Shown piece by piece: positions 26,693 to 39,200 of a stretch of 64,000 bases of DNA. The notes beneath the pieces are model-generated. The model ran no database searches and had not been told where the DNA came from. It was given only the letters and a program-made list of their open reading frames with translations. The position numbers and the translations under genes were made by a program. Every line of letters starts with the position of its first letter. The first letter of the stretch is position 1. The DNA lies in the NCBI GenBank assembly GCA_003971905.1, contig RSEE01000085.1, forward strand, positions 186,001-250,000, in the 5' to 3' direction. This DNA is from Moniliella sp. 'wahieum' (lineage: Eukaryota).

Positions 26693-27687
26693 ATGCAGCT
26701 GCGCGCGCTTCTCTCTACCCTCCGCTGCACCGCCGCTGCCGTCCCCGCGTTGGCCCAGGACAGTACAACGGCCGGTACCAGGACCCCGGCAGCCTCCCTG
26801 CCAAGGTCGACTCCTCGGGCGGCCAGTTTGGCTGGAACGACTGCACCCAGCGCTACGGTGCCTCCACCCCTAACGGCCACGCCAGAACGCATACATCAAC
26901 AGTGCGTCCTCTTCTCTCACCAGCACCCTCCGCATCTCGCTAACCCCCCTTTCCTTTCCCCAGTGTCCTTGACTTCTGCATCTGGGCCCCGCACAAGGCC
27001 TTCGACGGCGAGAAGGGCACGATTGGTAGCCAAGAGGCAGCCTCATCAGCTACTGCACCAAGGTTCGTACCTGCTCACCCTCTCTCCCCATGCTTCCAAG
27101 CCACCACGGTGCAAGGGGTGTCCGTACTGACTTGCTTTCCTTACTTTTCCCCAGTCGGGCTACGGTACGCGTCTCATCCCTGACGGTACCATCCACGGCG
27201 CCCACTTCCTCCAGACGCCCGACTTTGTCCAGGTGACCGGCCACGGTGACTTCACCAAGGTCAACCTTCAACGTGGTGACGAGGGTGGTGAGCTCGACCC
27301 TCACGGCGCCACTGGTTCGGGCAACCCCGTTGGTGGCCTGGTCTTTAGCCGCACCCGCACGGGCAACTGGGAGCGTCTTCCCGAGTGGCAGTCCTTCATC
27401 TCGGACACCGAGTATGCTTCCGCGCCTGCTTTGGCGAGTCGGGCAATGCGCGTCGCTGGTGCCCGCACATTTACGACGAGATGGGATGCTACTGGAACGA
27501 GCCCGCCGCGTACGGCAACTACTTTGAACAATGCGACGGTGAGTCGGGCCACCCGCCTGGCGTGTACGGCGGCAGCACCTGGTACCAGGGTGTCAACCCC
27601 ACCCCGTCTGCCCAGCCCGCCGGCTCGAGCTCCAACTGCCGGGCCCATGCGTCGGTCACCAACGGCCCGGCTATCAAGACGCCCTAA
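26693..27687 (+). CDS. Secreted MP88-like (macrophage-activating glycoprotein family) Cys-rich protein; introns ~26902-26963 and 27063-27154
   Basis: Signal peptide; GQFGWNDC, (C)QNAYINSVLDFCIWAP, YCTKSGYGTRLIPDGTIHGAHFLQTPDFVQVTG.GDFTKVN...GGELDPHGA.G.GNPVGGLVFS, CPHIYDEMGCYWNEP; TATAA at ~26632. Confidence 0.82.
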
Positions 27688-28449
27688 ACGGTTGACCTGA
27701 GGATAGGACCATTGCACACTCTTGAATGGACCATTCTATTCTACATTTCCCTCTTTCCCCCTTTTCCCCCTCGTTGGTAGAGTGGTTTCGCCCTCTTCCG
27801 CCCACTTTTTTGCTTTCACTTGTCATGCTGCACCTAGTTCGTTGGTCTTTGGAAATCTTGATTCATCCTCCCACCCGTGACCTTCTTACCGTCTGATAAA
27901 AATTTACCTCCCCTCCCCCTCCCCCTCCATTATCTACTGCTTTATTGGTGATGAAAACGTGTGTGGAGCCGATGGGCTCTGAGTGAAGCGAACTGTGCGG
28001 AGGCACCCCCTTCGCAACTGAAAATGCTTGCAATTTTGTCGCCGACAGACCCCACAATGTACGTTGACCACGTTGACTGTGCTCTTATTAAATGAAGATG
28101 CTGCCTTATTCCATTCTTCTACTTCTGTCTGTTGTGTTCGCAGAAGCTCAGCTGCCATTACAGTAGTACTACAGGGAGGGGAAAGGAATTTCAGGGAACA
28201 AACAGGTGTAGTTCTCAGGCGGGCCCACATCTCGGTCCTTTGAGGTCGCGACGAAATAAGCAACCCTGGAAAAACCCTAGCACGCCCCACCTCTTTTCTT
28301 GCACGGGGTGACAGGGCGTGACATGTGACACATTCGGATGCATGTGATGTGCATGTTGCAACGTCGAAAAACGATAACCAGCTGCCTCGTCCTCATCACA
28401 CGACATCCTCCACTCCACCACCCTTCTGGCCCCGATCCCCGTCCCCGCC

Positions 28450-29069
28450 ATGCTGACCGGCACCGATGTGATCAAGACGCCTCCTACTGCCACACCCAGC
28501 GCGGCGGATGTGGCTGGGCTGAAGCATGCGATCCAAGCTGCTGCCACTGGCTTTGCCCAGGGCGGGGTACCGATTGGCGCTGCGCTGGTCGCTCAGGACG
28601 GCAGCGTGATTGGCGTGGGATGCAACCAACGCGTGCAAAAGGGCAGCGCCATCTTGCATGGCGAAACCGATTGTCTCGAAAACATTGGCGTACGTCTCTT
28701 TTGTGCTCACTTTGCCCCTCTTTGGGTCTATCGGCTACCCCTGTTGCTTGCTAGTGCTAGTGATCCTGACTCGCCCCGGGACGCCCTTTTGGGGTACATG
28801 TGAAGCGCAAACCGGCTAGCGTTTATAAGAACGCCACCATGTACACTACCCTCTCCCCTTGCTCCATGTGTACGGGGGCAATGCTGCTGTATGGGATCAA
28901 GCGGGTCGTGGTAGGGGAGAACGATACGTTTCTCGGCGCCGAGGGTACTCTTGTTCGTCACGGGGTCGAGGTGGTTAACCTCAACAACGAGCAGTGCAAG
29001 GACCTGATGAAAAAGTTCATCCAAGCTCACCCAGATATTTGGAATGAGGACATTGGAGAGGAGGAGTAA
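28450..29069 (+). CDS. FCY1: Cytosine deaminase, 167 aa; intron 28690-28805
   Basis: GGVPIGAAL, GCNQRVQKGSAILHGETDCLENIG, YTTLSPCSMCTGA (HxE and PCxxC zinc motifs), WNEDIG; splicing gives an intact frame. Confidence 0.95.
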
Positions 29070-29468
29070 GTGTAACATGGGGCCCTCCATCGGATTACAT
29101 GGTGCCTGTTCCTTGCCTCGTTGCCTCGTTGTCTTTTTGCCTCTTTGCCTCATTGCCTCTTTGCGTCTTGATAAGGGTGGCGCTGGAGAGACCTATCCTT
29201 CTGCCAAGCAGATGTCCAATTGAGACTGCTGTGAGCTTGCAGTGCGTTGCTGGCATCCTTTCTGGGTTAGCATATTGTTACCTGAAATGCCCAACTTGGG
29301 ATCGAGTTAGGAGAGCGCCTGCCGATCGGCTAGGCAGTCCCTCTAGATAGGGAAAGGAGACTGAAGATAATGGAGCAAGTCACACCGATCGCAAGGTGGA
29401 TGTCCATATCAGATGGCAGGCTCATCCAGTTAAAAGCGAAGTAAAAAAGAAGGACGCCCATGTCGGGT

Positions 29469-29549
29469 CGAACGACGCAGGGGTCGAACCTGCAACCTCC
29501 TGATTACAACCAGTCGTAGTCAGACGCGCTACCATTGCGCCAGCCGTCC
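29469..29549 (-). tRNA. tRNA-Arg(ACG) with a 9-nt intron
   Basis: Reverse complement GGACGGC-TGGCGCAATGGTAGCGCG-TCTGA CT ACG A [CTGGTTGTA] A TCAGG-AGGTT-GCAGG TTCGACC CCTGC-GTCGTTC G; all stems pair; T6 Pol III terminator at 29443-29448. Confidence 0.93.
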
Positions 29550-29826
29550 TTGTGCTTCAGAATTCCTTGTGCAATAACACAAAATTCCGCCAGGCTCCAA
29601 TTCCAACTTAGGGGTGCATCCACTCCAAGTGGGCTCAGACTGAGCAACTGAGCGAGCACTCTGTTGAGCGCGCTCAGGCTGAGCCCCGCTCGGCTATACT
29701 TAGCTCCTGACAGACCGGACGCTTTCAACACGAAAACGCTAACACCGAAATGTAAATGTGGGCGCCGCCCATGCTCAGGCCTCATGCTGAAAACCCCACC
29801 TCCACACCACCAACCAATCAGGCACT

Positions 29827-30333
29827 ATGCTCGAGCCGCAGACCAAGCCCACGCAGTAAGCTGCGATGCCTCCTCGATTCATCCTTGGCTTGCTCATCCT
29901 GCTCTCACTGACGTGCTCACCTCTGTGTCCCCAGCCCGCCGAAGGACGATCCCATCTCAGTCGCTGAGTTGGCCAAGTACAATGGTGCCGACCCCAACTT
30001 GCCAGTGTATGTGGCAATCAAGGGGCTGGTCTTTGATGTGTCACCGCGCCGGGAGATGTACGCGGCAGGCAAAGGGTACAGTGTGTTTGCAGGCAAGGAC
30101 GCCAGTGCTGCACTCGGCAAGTCGTCGCTCAACCCTGATGACGCCATTGCGGACTATTCGGCCCTTACAGAAAAGGAGATGAAGGTCCTGAACGACTGGC
30201 TGGCCTACTACACCAAGGTATGTATCTGTTCTTTAATTGGACTCAACCTTCTTGGACGACGGAGACTGACGATGGAACGCCATGCCATGGTGTCCGATAG
30301 CGGTACAACATTGTCGGCAAGGTGGTCGCATGA
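29827..30333 (+). CDS. Cytochrome b5-like haem/steroid-binding (MAPR/Dap1-like) protein, 114 aa, no transmembrane anchor; introns 29856-29934 and 30218-30300
   Basis: PPKDDPISVAELAKYNGAD..VYVAIKGLVFDVS...YSVFAGKDASAALGKSSL..LNDW..YYTKRYNIVGKV; splicing is in frame. Confidence 0.92.
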
Positions 30334-30813
30334 TCAACTGGACTCCTCGTTATGCATCAACTGGGTCTCTCGCCCGAACAAAGTCTTGTCGCGTTGGGAC
30401 ATAAGCTCTCTACATGTCAGATCCTCCTTCCACCTTCTAGCGACTGCAATGTAGATTTTCTTTTTGCGTTATCCAAATCACATCCATCCTGCTCACAACG
30501 TTGCAGGTTCAGTGGATATTACCCACTGTATATAGTCCTGCAAGAACGATACGCTTGCATGGGGAAAGGGAGGGAGACAAAAAATGAAGAGGGAAAACGG
30601 TCCACCCGAACGTGAGAGACATGAGAAGCTAGCCCTTAGCTATCCAAAATCCAGCCAGGAAGCCCCCCTCCGAAAGAGTTGAAGCGTTGTATACAATTCC
30701 AGCATAGAAGAGTGGGTGGGTTATCTTAAGAGTGTGTAATACCTCGCATCGACATTGCAAGCCCTTTCACAGCCAATGTAGCCAAAAAAAGAAATCCAGA
30801 CTAAGGGGCAAAA

Positions 30814-30920
30814 TTTCCCCGCCGAGGCTCGAACTCGGAACCGTGAAGTACACCGCCTATCCAGCTTTTGAATACAGCATGATATAAGCATCAAACTCTA
30901 ACCAATTGAGCTACGGGGAA
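30814..30920 (-). tRNA. tRNA-Ile(TAT) with a ~33-nt intron, atypical
   Basis: Acceptor TTCCCCG/CGGGGAA; D-arm GCTC AATTGGTTA GAGT; anticodon arm TGATG CT TAT A..A CTTCA (one T:T mismatch); T-arm CCGAG TTCGAGC CTCGG; downstream T-runs. Confidence 0.75.
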
Positions 30921-32101
30921 GTTTCGTAATCAACGACCATTCCAAAATTGATATAGTGCAACCAATTTAAATGCCGCATTATAATTTTCACGCTACACCT
31001 GCCGCTGACACTAGTGCACTATAGCCTATGCCCTACCGAGCACTGGAAAAAGAGCATCATGCGGGAGTGAATACAAACGAAATGCGAGAGAGCGAACGCT
31101 CTTTTTCCTGGATTGATCCCGGCATTTGGCAAAACAACCGAATGCTGCTTCGCTCATCTCCTCTACTTAGCCGAAGAGAGCAAATCGCTTGTGACTGAGA
31201 TGTCTCTTTGGGGGCAAGACATGGTGGAGCCCCGGACGGAATGGTTCTCCACAGTGGTGGCTTTCAACTACGTCTCTATCTGCGCTCCTTTCAGTGGCTT
31301 TCCTTTTTCCCCACGTACTACCAGTGTTCTTTTCCAAAAAAACATACGCAGTTGCGACTCATATATCAAGTGTGGGTCAGCGGGTCAAGAGTTTGGGCTA
31401 CTGAAACTGTCCTTCCTCTGTCCCTCTGCAGTCGATTCGGGTCAACATATCCAATATCAAAAGGGCGGATACAACCGCTTCTTCACACATTCTTTCGAGG
31501 CTCCGGAGACAATCAAAAAAGGGGAGGATGGACGAACAACGCTTCTGCGCGGGTAAGACGAAACCCCCAAATACGAAAACGAAACTAGTGGTTCCAAAAG
31601 TGCAATGACAAAAGCGCAAGAACATGAAGGAAAAGCAACCGCCAGCAGTAGCAGCAGAGGCAAACTGAGTGGCAAGTGGATAAAAGAAACCAATGAAAAG
31701 CACAAAACGTAGAAACGCCATAAGCTCTGTACCGCCAACCAGAACGGGAGTAGCGTAGTGGGGCAGGGTACGGGACAAAGCAAAGAGAGAGACGAAAAAA
31801 ATCCAACAATATACTAGGTCGAACAGTAGACCAAGCACCAAGTGTCTGTGGCCAACTCATTTGCCCCCCAGCAAGGGCCAGCAAAGGTATGGGGGGAGCA
31901 TCGTCTTCACGTCGGTATGTTGGCAAGGCAAAGGAGAACGAAAGCGAACATGGCAAGCATAGCGCGGGTGATGTGGATGTGGGGTTCGGGGCATAGAACT
32001 TCATGGTAGGCTGTGTGTGTTTGAGGGGGGAGGGGCAGTGCGCCAGGAGAGCGCAAAGGTCTTCCCTCCTTGCCAAAGGAGAAAAAGGAGGGGGGTGGAG
32101 A

Positions 32102-35100
32102 TTATGCGGCCGCCGGCTCCAACGTCCACTGTTGTCGAAGAGAGAGATGGAGGGATTTGAGCGTTGCATGCGATCCACGCTCATGCTGGAGGCGGATGCA
32201 GACCAACGCGCCCGATGGACCTGCCTCACTCCCAGCTCCCTCGTCTAGAGGCGACCCATTGGCACTCCCACTTAGCGGCACCAGTTCGGCGCGGAATCGG
32301 ACGGCCTTGCGAGCACGGGATACCGTCCCCTTGAGCACAACCGATCCAGGACGGGGCGCACCCGCACTCGCCTCTGTGACCGAGCACATTTGGGATAGGT
32401 GCGCCATCAAGGTTTGCTTGGTTTGCAAAAGGGGCGCCGAGGAGTAGAGTGTGTAAGCCGAGGGTTTCCAGTTAAAGATGCTGCCGAACCAGGAAGCCTG
32501 GCGGGGGCTCTGTATGCTCTTGCTGTCCGTCCCTGGTGTGTGGGGCACAGCCGAAGAAGGGGGCAGAATCGTCCTTGTCCTTGTAGCCAGGAATGCGAAG
32601 GGCCAAGCCAGGGTTGCGTTGTTGCAACCGGGTCAGGCTTGGCTTCTTCTTTGGCTTGGACAGCGGCACCGTCGGCCCTGCTTTGACACTGGGTGGTCGA
32701 CTAGCCGAGAGCGCAACAGGCGGAGGGAGAGCGCTGGCAGCCGAGGGGGGGCGAGACTGCATCCGTGAGCCGGGGCGGCTGGCCGGCGGCGCAGGCTGAG
32801 GGTCGAGGCCCAGAACGTTCGTGGGCGTGTCCTTACCGGTAGTCCGGCCAAGGGAACCACCCATGCCAATGCTGGTAGGACCCGCCGCATTCGAACCCAT
32901 GCTGGTCATCAAAGCATTCGCATTCGGAGTGGTGGCCATCTCGAGTGCAGGACTGGCTAACGCAGGACTGGCCACGGTGGGGCTGCCTACAAAGTTGGCA
33001 CTTGAACGACCCATCACGCTGCGCGACGACATGCGTGTCGGACCGACTGAGGTGTTGGTTAAGACCTGCGATCCTAAAGTGGGGCTCTGGCTCGTACGAG
33101 ACGACAGGGACAGCTCGGGTGCAGAAACCTTGTGCATCGGGGCAGGGATGCGGCGCATGTGCGACTCGGTCAATGCCTTCGGGTCTCTGCCCAGTCCATT
33201 CGACTTGAACCCCATTTCAGGGTTGGGGGTGAGGCCAAGCGGAGAGATGGGTGTGAGACCAGGGGTGATGGGGCTGTAGGGACTGTTGGTAGCACTGCGG
33301 ATGCTCAGGGCAGAAGGGGCGATGGAAGACGGGGCGTTGGGCAGATAGCTCGGTTCCAAGGCGCCCAGCGCACTTGCCCTGCCCTCGACCAGGGCCGTTA
33401 CAGTTTCGCTTGGTCGACGCAAGGCGGGGGAATGAGCAGGCCGAACTGAAGCCCGGGCACCAAAGGGGAAGGAGCCTGTATTCGTCGACTCATCCATATG
33501 CTCTTGCTCCAATTCGTCCTCATCCGCATCTTGGAAGCGATCGCTTCGCGGTGTGAAACCACCCGAACGACCATGACTGGTAGCGTTACTCAACGACGCC
33601 CGCCGGCTCGAACTAGGTGGATTCACCCCATAGTATGCGACATTGGAGGAGATCGGCAAGTTCCCAGTAATCGGAGAAGAGACAGTTGATGGCTTAGTCT
33701 TTGGGCTGGGCGGGCTGTCGTAGACGGGTGAAGCCACTTGTTGAGGCGGGGCAGCTCTGGGGGCCAACGGTGCACCGCTGTGCAAGCCACTACTGCTTAG
33801 TCCCGAGGCTGAGTGCCAACCCTGGTTTTTTGCCGTCTCGACCCTGGTTTGAAGCCGATTCGTCCGCTCGGAATCGCCCCCCTCTGCACGGATCAGAGCC
33901 AGCTCTGCGGCCACTTCTTGGAAGAAGCGTTGCACCGCTGCATGGTCCCCCACGTCGGGGACCGAAGGCGCGGGGTTAGGGGCATGCGGTACCGCCGGGC
34001 GTAGGAATGAGGGGGGTGGCTTGGGCGGTCTTCTCTTGCATCAAGGTGGAAGGGATAGGCGCACGGCTAGCCAAGGGACGGGTAATAGGCGTGTCAAGGG
34101 ACGAACGATGAACCGAAAGAGGGCGGTCCATCATGGAACCTGGACCAGCACTGGAGAAGTTGGATCGGTACGTGGCTGAGGGGAGAGAGCGGTGCGGTGC
34201 GGTAATGGGTGTACTTCGTTGAGGGTCGAGGTATGCTGCTGACGAAGGTGCAGCGGGTGGGGATGCGGCGACCGAAGAGGCCGTCCGTGGATTTGACGGG
34301 TGTAGGCTTGCAGCGATGCTAATGCGTCCGCAGCCACATCGGCCCCTTGAGGAGTCATACCATAGGTAAGCGGGGCCACCATACCACTAGGAGTTGCACC
34401 GGCCGCCGCCTTGTTCGTGGAATCGGGCGGTGGGGGGGCGAGAGGGCTTGTGTCTGGCAAGGAGACAGTCGTGTCAAAAGTCGATGCGGTAGGTGCCTTG
34501 GAATTGTAGGTCCAGTCCCGGATGATGACAGATCGGGTGCCGGGGCGCCAGCTGAGCCATTGGATGAAGCGCTAACAAGGTCTTCGCCATCATCATCGTC
34601 TTCTCTTCTTCGGCCGCAAGTTGATCCTTGAGCAAAAGACGATAGAAGCGCTTGGGCTGGGTGTCTTCGAGCGAGCATAACTCGGCTTTGAGTTCTCTTT
34701 GCTGTAACCTTGAAAGAGATAAGTGAGGCCACGGAAGATGTCGTCCTCCTCCCAGAGAGGGAGGAAAGTCGATGGGGCCGTGGTCGGCCACCAATTGGTA
34801 CAGGGTTGATGGAAGATAGGCGCCCATAATTGGTAAACCAAGGATGGTGAAAGATCTCCATCATAGTGTACCGCTTGCGCGGGTCGACAACAAGCATACG
34901 ACGAATCAAGTCTTTAGCAGCTTCATCGCGAGGGTGGCGCGGCAATTCGAAATGCCCGTCTTGACCTTTTGCATAAGGGACACTCATACTGGGGTCGTCA
35001 AATGGCAAGCGACCATAGAGAAGGGCGAAGAGAATGATACCGCAGGACCAGATGTCGGTAGCTGTACCCACATACCGCTTGCCGCTGACAATCTCGGGCG

Positions 35101-36257
35101 AGGCATAGTGGGGGCTTCCACAGGACGTTTCCAGCATTCGGCCTGAATGCTGCAGGGCGGCCATGCCAAAGTCGGCGATCTTAACTTGGCGTTTATCCTT
35201 CGACAGGAGCAGGTTCTCAGGCTTGAGGTCCCGATGGCAGATGTTGAAGGAATGGCAATGGTCGACGCCAAACATAATCTGGCGAAAGTAGTCACGAGCG
35301 GTATCGACTTCGAGACGGCCACAGGAGACAAGGTGGTCAAATAGTTCGCCCCCCTCGACGTACTCGATAATCAGGTAAAGCACTTTCTCATTTCGTACAC
35401 GTCAATCAGAGAAAGAAGATGTGCATGATGAGACGCATGACGATGATCTCTCGCTCAATGCCAATTTCCATCTGCTGGAGTCGTTTCTGAACCTCGGGAC
35501 CGGACCCGCTGGCAGCCAGCTTTGAGGCCAACTGATAACGCGGATGATGATCTTCACAGCCGCCTTCGCTCCCGTCTTGACATGGTTGACCAAGCGAACC
35601 CGCCTGGGAAGATGGCAGCAAGGGAGTGTTAGCATACATGCATGCTACTGGAGGGTGGGGCAGGTACAAAAGAGAGCAAGGAACGTACCACTTGCTCCAG
35701 TCCCGATTAACGCGCCAATCTTCCACGGGCCCACAAAGGGGGGGTCGTTGTACTCGCGTTTCTTCTCGCGTTGCAGTCGAGTAGCTGGCTTAGGGCGTTC
35801 GGCTGCAGCAACAGCCTCTGGGGCAGTGCGGGAGGAAGCGGAGGGGGGAGGTTGGACAGCGTGAGCATTGGTAAATGCCGGGGGGGTGCCCATGTCTGGA
35901 GAAGCGGCACCGCCAGTAATGCCAGTTGGGGGTGGTGGCGGGCGGCGACTGGCTTTGACTGTAACTTTGACCCGGGCCTGGGTGGGCAGGGAGGTTGCCG
36001 ATGCGTGGGGCATTTGTACAGGGGTTGATGATAGAGGCGGAGGCGGAGACGGGGAGGAGGTAGGTAGTTGGGGGCGTCTGTGCCTGCGCCGAGACGGGCC
36101 GGGTGGCAGGTGGTGGTGGCTGCTGATTGCGCGTGACGCTCGGGCGACGACCGAGGCTGAGGAGGGAGGGGCGGCGCGTGTGGGAGGTAGTGGTTGAGGA
36201 TGCCGTCTGACCTGGAGTTGGAGCGCGGCGGGCCGGTTGGAATGGGGCAAAAGCCAT
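32102..36257 (-). CDS. Gin4/Hsl1/Cdr2-type CAMKL Ser/Thr kinase with C-terminal KA1-like domain; intron 35604-35688; frameshifted
   Basis: VGPWKIGALIGTGASGRVRL, AAVKII, IEREIIVMRLI, EYVEGGELFDHL, HRDLKPENLLL, KIADFGMAALQ..LETSCGSPHYASPE, DIWSCGIILFALL; C-terminal SWFGSIFNWKP..VRFRAEL..ERGS. Confidence 0.9.
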
Positions 36258-39200
36258 CCCGGATCGGCTGGCAATGAGAAAGGGAATCCAATCTCGGGGT
36301 GGTGGGCTGCTAACTGAAGGGGTCAAGCTTAAGCTCCAGCTTCAAGCGGACAGCGGGGTGGGTACTGGGTGGATCAGGGTCAACGTTCAACTTGAACTCG
36401 ACGTCAGTTGACTGACTGTACGCATGCGCCCACAGTGTCACCCACCGCGGCAGCACTATTGTCCAGCACACGCCGAGTCCGGCGCGGAGCTTGCCCGAGA
36501 GCACAAGGGGTGGCGATGGCAGAACAAAGGGTGAAGGTTGAAGTTCAACGTTCAAGCTTCAAGCTTCAAGCTTCAGTATCAGTCCAAAGCGCGTCAAGTT
36601 CCAGGGGCCAGTGTATAACCATGCAACGCCCCACTCGCGGCCACAGCCCACACCACAAACAAACACACCCTGGCACACACCGATACACAGCGATAGCGTG
36701 CCCTTTCCTGGTGCTTCCTGCCACAGCTGAGCTACTACCGAGATCCTGGCCTGTGCGCCCCGAGAGAAGGAGCACGTACTAGGAGCGCCCACGCCCCCAA
36801 TAATCACAACATCCCTGATCTCAGACCTCAGATCTCAGAGGAGCACAGAGGAATTATGTGTTGCAAGAGCCAACAGAAGCAGTGCACCACAGACGCGATA
36901 CCGTCTCGGGCCTCTCGCCTTCCCACCCGCCCGCCACACTGCAAACATGTAAACACGGGACTAGGTAGACGTGCGAATAAACGCCGAACGTTTGGCGTTA
37001 ATCGATAATCGATAAACACTGCTGTGGTGTAGACATCCAGACCACCCACTTCCAATCTCAATCTCAACTCTCAGGGCCTCAGGCTTCAGGAGGTCTCCCC
37101 GTCGATCACCGGCTCGCCCAAGCACTCACTCTCTTCAAGCCCATTCAGTATTCGATGGTCCCTTGCCATCCACCCTGCTCAGAACGAGCCAAAGTAAAAA
37201 CATTACCCCTGGAACGCCACGACACTGTGCTGGTGCTAGTGTCAATCGTGTTGATTGTGCTGTGCACGCCGCGCGTTGAGCGCAGGAGCTGAGCGCTGCG
37301 CCACTCATGCGTTGAATACTCGGTTACTGAGTACTGATGCATGATGTTCATGATGACTGATGCAACTGATGCACGGATACCGAGTAACTAGTAACTAGTA
37401 ACTAGTAACTAGAGTGTCACCGAATGACTAAGCTCGCTCCAATTTCCAATTCCGCATCCTGTGTCTCTCGCTCTTCCCTTCCCTTTTGCTTCTGTTCTCT
37501 GCCTGATGCCTTCTGTTTCCTCCCACGAACGATCTTGCCTTTCCCCCCGCCTCTGACAGGACCTTGGTCTCCCTCGTTTAGCCCCGACTGTTACAGTAAC
37601 TAGAGTAACTGAGTAACTGAGTACTGAGTACGAGTACTGACCGTACTGACCGGTGAGCGGGAGGACCGGGGACCAACAATGGAGAGACTGTCGAAGATCG
37701 ATCACCTCGATCACCGACCGTCTTCTCTATAGTGATTCATAACTTGCACGCGACGCCGCGGTCTGTCTTTTGTGCGAAACCAGTTCTCACAGAGATCTCT
37801 CGCACCGTCTCTCCGCACTGTCCACACATCCATACTCTATGTGACTTCTCTGACGCTTCGCTTCAAGCTTCACCGATGACAAGCATGGCACCCTACTACA
37901 ACACCGCGTGTGATACAATCCGTAACATTTTGGCACGTTAGGGAGCAAGTCGAGCCCACAGGACACTCAGACTAAGAGTATCAGGCCGGAGCCTTAGACC
38001 CGAACGCCCGAGCTGGTCTCAGGCCTCAGAACCTCAGGAAGGGGCGTATCATTGTTTTCACTTTTCCCTCCATTATTGTGAGAGTTGTTTTTGTGTAATG
38101 CGCGCATCAGCGGGCATATCAACATGCATCCTTTCTCTGTGCGCCGTGCGCATATTACGTGTGCTCTGACGGCAGCTGTGACATGTGAGGGCCAACAAAA
38201 AGAGGGATTAAATCACTTAAAACGTTGGCATCATAAGTTTTCTCATCCTCTGTTACTGTAACGGGCCACTCGGCAGGCTGGCTCGCCTAAACAAACCACT
38301 TAAGAAAGGAGAACTATTCTTTACTTTATGAGTTTTTCGCGTTGACTGTTCCTGTTCCCACAACTGAGAGTGTGAGCTCCTGTTCATATATTGCCTTTTG
38401 CTAGTTCTAAAGTCTTCGTCCCCCTAGCGGTGGGTCATTCTGGAACAAAACACCCTTTGCAAATCCACCCTTGAGACCCACCACCTGGCAACTCCCGCGT
38501 TTTGCTGATACAAGCTTACCAGCAGTCCCTCCGACCTACTTCCAGCGACCACCTCTTGGTCTTTCGGTATCCTTTCGAAACGGCATCCATTACCGTTGAT
38601 CTTCAGCTTCCAGTCCCCATTCTACAAGAGTTGAGTTGTTCGGTCAGAGTGGACATCTCTGTCCTAACTTGTCTTTGCCTGTGTCAACCTTGGGGCCACA
38701 ACCTTTCAGGCTCCGAGCATACAGGCATGCTATAGCCTTGCTCGTCCCAGTGCATACGCAACCTTGTCACGCGAGCCGACGACCACCCCCAGTTGAGAGG
38801 CCTCGGCTTCACCGACCTCACCTCGTCTCCAGCTCCGTTCGGATCCGTCAGTAGCGTTCCAGCTCGACAAAGCACCGTGAGCGCGTGAGCAGACTCTCCT
38901 CTCCAATGGAAAGCACCCCTAAACTGTGGGTCGGGTTGAAGTTTAGGCCTTAGGCCCCGCCCATGACATCCTCTCACAGAGTTGTCGGTATGATGTACAT
39001 ATGGTAATAGAAGATCATATGGGACACAGGAATCACTTTGCAGCCATGACATCCCCGACGCCATAATAATACACCACCTCCATAGGAATGTCCCAAGTAT
39101 AAAATGCGCAAGGAAACAACAGCGACCACACGGAGGTTATTTCCGATGAGCGTTGTTGAGCAACCGCAGGTGGCTCGCGTCTTTTGGTCGACGTCCCTTC

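Noticed and set aside
28450..30333. Metabolic gene cluster (FCY1, b5-like, MP88-like)
   Set aside because: No shared pathway, backbone enzyme, transporter or regulator; these look like ordinary neighbours.
31113..31841. Short ORFs (147 aa on each strand) between tRNA-Ile and the kinase
   Set aside because: Non-ATG starts, no recognisable motifs; partly the kinase 3' UTR.
19471..36575. (TTCAAGC)n arrays as heat-shock elements
   Set aside because: HSEs need alternating nGAAn units at 5-bp spacing. These have a 7-bp period and fit the broader TNA-palindrome grammar.
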